This document shows positions 57,528 through 64,000 of a stretch of DNA of 64,000 nucleotides, in pieces; the first letter of the stretch is position 1; each line of letters starts with the position of its first letter. Below the pieces are notes generated by a model, which saw only the letters and a program-made list of their open reading frames with translations, was not told the origin of the DNA and searched no databases. The translations under genes and the position numbers were made by a program. The DNA comes from an uncultured Thermoleophilia bacterium (lineage in GTDB: Bacteria > Actinomycetota > Thermoleophilia > UBA2241), in contig CAWBNR010000010.1 of assembly GCA_963790185.1 (NCBI GenBank), forward strand, positions 91,499 through 155,498. The letters run 5' to 3'.

Positions 57528-60500
57528 TACCTGCGCGCCCTGCGCTTGCGCGGCTTCAAATCCTTCCCGACGCGTACCGAGCTCCTCTTCGAGCCGGGCG
57601 TGGCGGTCATCATCGGCCCGAACGGCAGCGGCAAGAGCAACATCGCCGACGCCGTGCAGTGGGCGCTCGGTGAGCAAAGCCCGACGGAGGTGCGCGGTTC
57701 CTCCATGCAGGACGTGATCTTCGCCGGCAGCGACGGCCGCCGGGCGAGTGCAGCCGCCGAGGTGGAGCTTCTCTTCGACAACGCCGACGGCGCGCTGCCG
57801 CTGCCGACGCCCGAGATCAGTATCATCCGCCGCATCGGCCGCGACGGTGGGTCGCAGTACCTCATCAACCAGAGCTCGTGCCGGCTCACCGACGTGGTCG
57901 AGCTGATGGCCGGCGTCGGCTTGGGGAAGGAGTTGCACTCGATCATCGGGCAGGGCAAGGTCGAGTCGTTCCTTGCCGGCAGACCCGAGGACCGCCGTGA
58001 CCAGATCGAGGAGGCGGCGGGGCTCGGAGTCTACAAGCGCCGCCGAGAACGCTCCGAGCTCAAGTTACGCGAGGTGAGCCGCAACCTCGAACGTGCCGGG
58101 ATGCTCGAACGCGAGGTGAACGGCCAGCTGAATCCGCTGCGGCGGCAGGCGAGCGCCGCCGAGCAGCACCGCGCCGTCGAGGCCGAGATCGTCGGCGTGC
58201 GCGGACGGCTCCTGTCGGGTGAGCTGGCCGCGGCCGCGGCTGCCCTCGCCGAGCGTCGTGCCGAAGAGGTAGCTCTCGGCGCGCAGCGGGGCGCGGTCGA
58301 ACGGCGTCTCGAGGCGCTGGCAGCCCAGCGGGCCGACGAGGAGGATGCGTTCACGCGGCGACTCGCGGAGCGGGAGCGCCGCACCCGGCGGCTGCTGCGC
58401 GTCCGGGCGCTCGACGGGCGTCTCGAGGCCGCCGAGCGTCTCGCCGCTCAGCGCGTGCGCCTGCTCGACGAGGTCGAGCGCGCTGGGCGTGCCGAGCGGG
58501 AGCGGCTGCTGGCTGAGCTGGCCGGCGGCGGGGAAGAGGCCGACGCTGAGGTCTGGCGGCGTGAGGAGCAGGGTCTCGAGGACGCGGCGGGCGAGGCCGT
58601 GCGCGCGCAGGCCGAGGTGCAGGCCGCTCTCGAGGCCGCCCAAGGCGAGGCCGCGCGACTCCGTGCCGAGGCCGGGCAGGTGCGGCTCGAGCGCGAGCAC
58701 GCCCTCTCCGGAGCGGCGCGTCTCGACCGTCGGATGGAGGCCGTGGCCGCCGAGCGCGAACGGCTGGAGCGCCAGACCGCCGTGCTGTCGGCGGAACTCG
58801 AGGGACGCCGCGAGGGGCTCGATGCTGCGCTCAAGGAGGAGCGGGCCACTCGGACCGATGCCGCCACGGCCGCCGCGGCGGCTACGGCGGGGGCCGCCGC
58901 GACGGCGCAGGCGGTCCGCGACCTCGACGAAGCCGAGGCTCGGCGCGGCCAGACCGGGCGCGAGCGCGCCGCCATCGAACGCGAGATCGAGGATCTGCGC
59001 GCGGCGCTCACCGACCTGCAGGATGTGGAGGCCGACGTGCTCGCCGTGGCGGCCGAGTACCCCGGGACTGTGGGTGTCGCGGGCCTCCTCGGTTGTGAGC
59101 CAGGGTACGAGCGCGCTCTTGCGGCGGCGCTCGCCCAGCTGTCGGGCGGTCTCGCCGTGCCTGAGCGCGTGGATCAATGGGCTCTGCTGGGGGCGCTGAA
59201 GCGCGCCGGGGTGGGGCTGGTCCGTCTCGTGCTGTCGCGGCGTGACCGGCGCCCGGCGACCGGGTTTCCCCGGTGCGGCTCCGCTTCTCGACAAGGTCAA
59301 CGTCGAGGGCGACGAGGAGCTCGCATCCGTGCTGGCGGACGTCGTGATCGTAGACGACCTGCGCGCGGTGCCTGCTTCGTTCACGGGTCTCGCGGTGACG
59401 CGGGACGGAGAGTTCTACCGGCCTGTGGTCGGTCAGATGGGTATCGCCGGCAGCGTGCCGGCGGCGATCGCGCTGGAGCGCAGGGCGTCGCTCGAGACGC
59501 TGCAGGGGAGGCTCGACGCGGCGCGGGCGCGTGAGGTGCGAGAGGCGGCGACCCTCGAGCGCTCGCGGTCGCAGGCGCAGGAGCGCCGGACGGCTGCAGA
59601 CGAGGCGGCGGATGCGGAGCGCAGGGCGCGGATCGCGGCCGAAGGCGCCGAGCGCGCCTTGGCCTCGCTGCGGTCGCGGGTGGCCGATCTCGAGGAGGGA
59701 CTGGCCCGTGCGACACGCGGCGCGGAGGCGCTGGCGGGCGAGATCGCCGAGGCTCAGGCCGAGGTCGAGCGCCTGAACGAGAGCGCGGCCGCGAGCCTGG
59801 TGCGCGGTAAGCAGCTCGAGCCCGGGCTGGTCGCCGCTGAGGCCGCGGCCGCGACTGCGACGGCCGATCACGAGCAGGCGCTGGCGCGCGCGCTGCGCGC
59901 GCGCGTCGAGCTGACGGAGCGTCGCCGCGCCCGCGAGCGCGCCGAGGCCGAACAGCGACGCGTGCGCGAGCGCGCTGAGGCCGGGCGTCTTCGACTCGCG
60001 GAGCTCGAGCTCCGGCTGGAAGTGGCGCCCGGTGTGCGCGAGGCCTGCGATGGCCTCGGCGCTCACCTTCGACGCGCTCGCGAGTGCGCTCAGGCTCTCG
60101 CCGGTCGCCTCGACGATGGCGGTGCGGCGGATGAGGGCCTCGACCGCGGAGGGTTGCGGAGGCTCGCCGAGCGTGAGGCCGAGGAGCGACGCCTTCTCCA
60201 GGACGTCGTCGCGCGGCGCGCGGAGATCGAGGTGGCGCTGGCACGCCTCGAGGACCGCAGGAGCGACGTCGCCGCAGAGCTCGAGGTCGTGGCCGCGGCG
60301 CTCGAGCAGGCGGCGTTCACGCCGCCGGGCGACGACGGCGAGGCGGCGGCGTTGCGCGAGACCATCGTCCGCCTGGAGCGCCGCCGCGAGCGGATCGGTC
60401 CGATCAACCCGCTGGCCGAGACGGAGTGCGCCGAGCTCGGCGAGCGCGCCGCCTTCTTGCGCGAGCAGCGGCGCGACCTCGAACGTTCGCTCGAGGAGCT

Positions 60501-61083
60501 CGGGGGTCTTATCCGTGAGCTGACCGAGCGCATCGACGTCGAGTTCGCGGAGACGTTCGCGGCCGTGCAGGCGCAGTTCAGTCACATGGTCGGCGTGCTC
60601 TTCCCGGGCGGCCGCGGTCGCCTGGTCCTCGCCGCCCCCGGCGAGGATGGGGCGGCCGGCGGCGTCGCCGTCGAGGTGAAGCCTGCCAAGAAGCTCGGCA
60701 AGAGGCTGCAGCTGCTCTCGGGCGGGGAGCGCGCTCTGGTGGCGATCGCCTTCCTGATGGCGCTCGTCCTGGCGCGCCCGTGCCCGTTCTACATCCTTGA
60801 CGAGATCGAAGCGGCCCTCGACGACGTCAACATCTCGCGCCTCGTGTCGCTGCTCCGGGACTACCGGGACCGCACGCAGTTCGTGCTCATCACCCACCAG
60901 AAGCGGACGATGGAGGCGGCGGACGTGCTGTACGGTGTGACCATGGGTCCCGACGGCGCCTCGCAGGTTGTGAGTGCCAGAATGGCCGAAGAGGAGATCG
61001 AGCGCGAGCAGCGGTCGCGGAAGGCCGCAGCCCCCGAGGTCGCGACCGCCGGCGACGGCGCGGGCGACGACGGAACGAGGTAG
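57525..61083 (+). pseudogene. smc: Chromosome partition protein SMC with one +1 shift near 59235-59260
   Basis: The N-terminus is MYLRALRLRGFKSFP...IIGPNGSGKSNI, followed by long coiled coils. The C-terminus has LSGGERALVAIAFLMAL and FYILDEIEAALD. Confidence 0.9.
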
Positions 61084-61087
61084 CGCG

Positions 61088-62092
61088 GTGGAGTGGCACG
61101 AAGTCTTCAAGGGCGTCGAGGAGGCGGAGGTGCCGCCCGAGGTGATCGCCGAAGAGGAGCGCGAGCGCCAGGGGCTCTTCGGGAGGCTGCGCTCGAATCT
61201 GAGCAAGGCGCGCTGCGCCGTCCAGGACCAGCTCAAGGGTGCCCTGTACGTCGGCGTCGACCGCCGCCTCTACGAGCAGACCGAGGAGGCGCTGATCTTC
61301 GCCGACGTCGGCGTGGACGCCACCGTGAAGATCGTCCACGAGCTCGAACGGCGCGCCGACGCGAAGCACATCGAGGCGCGCGATCCGTTCATGGACGAGC
61401 TTGCCGAGGTGATCGCGGGGACACTGCGCCCAGACGACCCCGAGCAGCAGCGCATCGACGTCAGCGCCGACCCCAGCGTGGTGCTCGTGGTCGGCGTCAA
61501 CGGGACCGGCAAGACGACCACGATCGGCAAGCTCGCCTGGCGCCTTCGGCAGCTCGGCAAGACGCCGCTCATGGTCGCGGGCGACACCTTCCGCGCGGCC
61601 GCGGTGGAGCAGCTCAGCGAGTGGGCGTCGCGCGTGGGCTGCGACATCGTGAAGCAGGCCCCCGACGCCGACCCGGCGGCCGTGGTGTACGACGGCATCG
61701 CCGCGGCCCGCTCGCGCGGCGCGGACGTCGTCCTCGTCGACACCGCCGGGCGGCTGCACACGCAGGTCAACCTCATGCGCGAGCTGGAGAAGGTGCGACG
61801 TGTGATCGAACGGCAGATGCCGGGCGCGCCACACGAGACGCTGCTCGTCCTCGACGCCACCACCGGGCAGAACGGGCTGCGGCAGGCGCAGGAGTTCCGG
61901 CAGGCCGTCGACGTGACCGGCGTCGTGCTGACCAAGCTCGACGGCACGGCCAAGGGCGGCATCGTGGTCGCGATCCACGACGCCCTGCGCATCCCCATCA
62001 AGCTCATCGGCGTCGGGGAGCAACTCGAGGACCTGCGGCCTTTCGACCCCGATGTGTTCGCGCGGGCCATCTTCGGCAGCGACGACTCGTGA
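61088..62092 (+). CDS. ftsY: Signal recognition particle receptor FtsY
   Basis: The segments VVGVNGTGKTTTIGKLA, DTAGRLH and LTKLDGTAKGG are present. Confidence 0.9.
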   Translation: MEWHEVFKGVEEAEVPPEVIAEEERERQGLFGRLRSNLSKARCAVQDQLKGALYVGVDRRLYEQTEEALIFADVGVDATVKIVHELERRADAKHIEARDPFMDELAEVIAGTLRPDDPEQQRIDVSADPSVVLVVGVNGTGKTTTIGKLAWRLRQLGKTPLMVAGDTFRAAAVEQLSEWASRVGCDIVKQAPDADPAAVVYDGIAAARSRGADVVLVDTAGRLHTQVNLMRELEKVRRVIERQMPGAPHETLLVLDATTGQNGLRQAQEFRQAVDVTGVVLTKLDGTAKGGIVVAIHDALRIPIKLIGVGEQLEDLRPFDPDVFARAIFGSDDS

Positions 62093-62174
62093 GGACGGGG
62101 GGGCTGGTGATCAGAGAGATGATCGACGCAGCGCACTGTTGCCGTGACGCGAGTCGGCCTCGCTTGGGAGCCTC

Positions 62175-62981
62175 ATGAAGGCGGATGAGCTGCGCGCCCT
62201 GCTGGAGCGCGTCCGTGACGGAAGCGCCGAGATCGACGCGGTCGTCGAGCGGCTCCGCGCCTTGCCGTACGAGGAGCTCGGCTTCGCCCACGTGGATCAT
62301 CATCGCGAACTGCGCCGGGGGTACGCCGAGGCCATCTTCTGCTCCGGCAAGACGGTCGCGCAGGTCGTGACGATCGCCGAGCGCATGGTGGCCTACGGAC
62401 ACACCAACGTGCTGGCGACGCGCGCCGATCAGGCGACGCTCGAGGAGCTCGAGCGCCGGGTGCCGGCGCGCGTCTACTCCGAGGCTGGGATCGCCGTCCT
62501 GAACCCGGCGCCGGTCACGCCCGCCGGTCTCGTCTGCGTCTGCAGCGCCGGGACCTCCGACGTGCCCGTCGCCGAGGAAGCCGCGGTCACGGCCGAGTGC
62601 TCCGGCAGCCGTGTCGAACGCGTGTACGACGTCGGCGTGGCCGGCATCCACCGGCTGCTGGCCTACCGGGAGCTGCTCGGCGAGGCGAACGTCGTGGTGG
62701 CCGTGGCGGGCATGGAGGGCGCGCTCCCCAGCGTCGTGGGAGGTTTGGTAACTTCTCCCGTGATCGCCGTGCCGACGAGCGTCGGCTACGGCGCCAGTCT
62801 CGGCGGGATCGCGGCGCTCCTCGCCATGCTGAATTCGTGTGCGCCGGGGGTGTCGGTCGTGAACATCGACAACGGCTTCGGCGCGGGCTACCTCGCGAAC
62901 GTCATCAACCTCATGGCCGCCGGCGTGACGGCGGGAGGGGGCGAGGGGGAGAGCTCACAGGCGGTCGCGGACCGGCAGTGA
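62175..62981 (+). CDS. larB: Nickel-pincer cofactor biosynthesis protein LarB (PurE-like)
   Basis: The segments HVDHHRELRRGYAEAIFCSGKT and AVAGMEGALPSVVGGLV...VIAVPTSVGYG are present. Confidence 0.75.
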   Translation: MKADELRALLERVRDGSAEIDAVVERLRALPYEELGFAHVDHHRELRRGYAEAIFCSGKTVAQVVTIAERMVAYGHTNVLATRADQATLEELERRVPARVYSEAGIAVLNPAPVTPAGLVCVCSAGTSDVPVAEEAAVTAECSGSRVERVYDVGVAGIHRLLAYRELLGEANVVVAVAGMEGALPSVVGGLVTSPVIAVPTSVGYGASLGGIAALLAMLNSCAPGVSVVNIDNGFGAGYLANVINLMAAGVTAGGGEGESSQAVADRQ

Positions 62982-63718
62982 GGATCGCCCACCTCGACCC
63001 TTTCAGCGGCGTCAGCGGCGATCTGTTTCTCGGCGCGCTGGTCGACATAGGCGTGTCGCTCGAGGTCCTCCAGGCCGCCGTCGACACCCTCGGGGTCCAG
63101 GGCCTGACGCTGAGCGCTACGCGGACCCGCCGTAGCGGCGTCGAGGCCACCAAGGTCGACGTCAGCTTCCCGCCGCAGCACGTCCGCCGCTGCCTTCGTG
63201 ACATCGTCGCGATGATCGAGGAGAGCGGCCTGCCGCCGGGGGCGACGGAGAAAGCGATCGCGGTCTTCACGCGGCTCGCCGAGGTCGAGGCGGCGGTGCA
63301 CGGCGTCTCGGCTCAGGACGTGCACTTTCACGAGGTCGGCGCGGCCGACGCCCTCGCCGACGTCGTCGGCGCGGTCGTCGGCCTCGATGCGCTCGACGTC
63401 GAGCGGCTGCTGGTGGGGCCGGTCAACGTGGGCGCCGGACGCGTCGCGTGCGCACACGGTTCGCTGTCGGTGCCGGCGCCGGCAACGCGTGGCTTGCTCG
63501 AAGGATGGACCTGCTTCACGGCGGGCCCTCATCGCGAGCTGACCACGCCGACCGGCGCCGCCCTCGTCACGACGCTGGGCGCCCAGGTGGAGACCATGCC
63601 GGCGCTGCGCGTCGAACGCACCGGCCACGGCGCCGCCGACAGCGACCCTCCGGGCTGGCCGAACGTGCTGCGTCTGATCGTCGGCGAGACAGACGCCGCC
63701 TCATTGGTCACCGGCTGA
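62978..63718 (+). CDS. larC: LarC-family nickel insertion protein, N-terminal half only (246 aa)
   Basis: The sequence reads VRIAHLDPFSGVSGDLFLGALVDIGV...FHEVGAADALADVVG. The ORF ends where the C-terminal domain normally begins. Confidence 0.65.
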   Translation: MRIAHLDPFSGVSGDLFLGALVDIGVSLEVLQAAVDTLGVQGLTLSATRTRRSGVEATKVDVSFPPQHVRRCLRDIVAMIEESGLPPGATEKAIAVFTRLAEVEAAVHGVSAQDVHFHEVGAADALADVVGAVVGLDALDVERLLVGPVNVGAGRVACAHGSLSVPAPATRGLLEGWTCFTAGPHRELTTPTGAALVTTLGAQVETMPALRVERTGHGAADSDPPGWPNVLRLIVGETDAASLVTG

Positions 63719-63929
63719 GGGTCGCCGGTCGCCACGGCGCGCATCGAACATGTCCCGCGCGTCGAGCTCTGGCTCACGACGCGCTTCACGACCTCTTACG
63801 CTGGCCTGTCTCAGACGGTAGACTCCAGCTGGGCGGGGGCTGCCTGGTGCGTCTGCGTACGGCATGTGGAGCCGCGGGCGCGCAAGGCGGCGGAGAGGGA
63901 GGTCGAGTTTGGAGAGGCGGTCAAGGGGC

Positions 63930-64000
63930 ATGCCTGACGCTGTCGCGGTCGCCGGTTGGGACATCGGCGGCGCGCACGTGAAGGCCGCGCGCGCGATCGT
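63930..64000 (+). CDS. 5' end of a hydantoinase/ASKHA-like protein (possibly of the H4MPT-linked C1-transfer pathway family), truncated by the window end
   Basis: Only 23 codons are visible (MPDAVAVAGWDIGGAHVKAARAI). Confidence 0.3.
   Translation, partial: MPDAVAVAGWDIGGAHVKAARAI

Overview
This is a high-GC (roughly 70% by eye) chromosome segment from a Gram-positive-type bacterium. The gene order is Bacillota-like, so the source may be a deep actinobacterial or Thermaerobacter/Symbiobacterium-like lineage, but that is only a guess.

The core is housekeeping. On the left are a biotin-dependent carboxyltransferase, nusB, xseB and ispA. On the right are dxs, tlyA, nadK, recN, pyrG, an M20 peptidase, xerD, deoB, punA, pdp, rsmD, coaD, yceD, rpmF, a DRTGG protein, plsX, acpP, rnc, smc, ftsY, larB and larC.

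Between ispA (ends 3345) and dxs (starts 38429) lies about 35 kb of accessory DNA. It carries four secreted metallopeptidase genes (M28, M28-like and two M6 immune-inhibitor-A paralogs), a macro-domain protein, and a roughly 21 kb conflict-system island (10.5-31.2 kb). The island contains:
- two Gp49/HigB-type toxin plus XRE antitoxin pairs;
- a type III-like R-M locus with an embedded DUF5131 gene;
- a 3-TM membrane protein;
- a PIN-GNAT-ASCH fusion coupled to a stand-alone ASCH gene;
- a MUG-like glycosylase fused to a putative PD-(D/E)xK nuclease, preceded by a truncated sensor-like domain;
- a dGTPase;
- mazEF;
- a HEPN gene;
- an XRE-ImmA-PIN trio;
- an MBL-fold hydrolase.

The most novel-looking items are the PIN-GNAT-ASCH/ASCH pair, the glycosylase-nuclease fusion, and the three-fold reuse of fragments of one N-terminal domain that brackets these cassettes.

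An important caveat is that the record contains many frame disruptions, almost all explained by single extra bases (+1). They cluster in patches and also hit essential genes (rpmF, plsX, dxs, pyrG, smc), so most 'pseudogenes' here are probably sequencing insertions. I type every gene that needs frame correction as pseudogene (as sequenced) and name the intended product.

All domain calls come from motif recognition by eye, with no searches run. No tRNA, rRNA or CRISPR array was seen.
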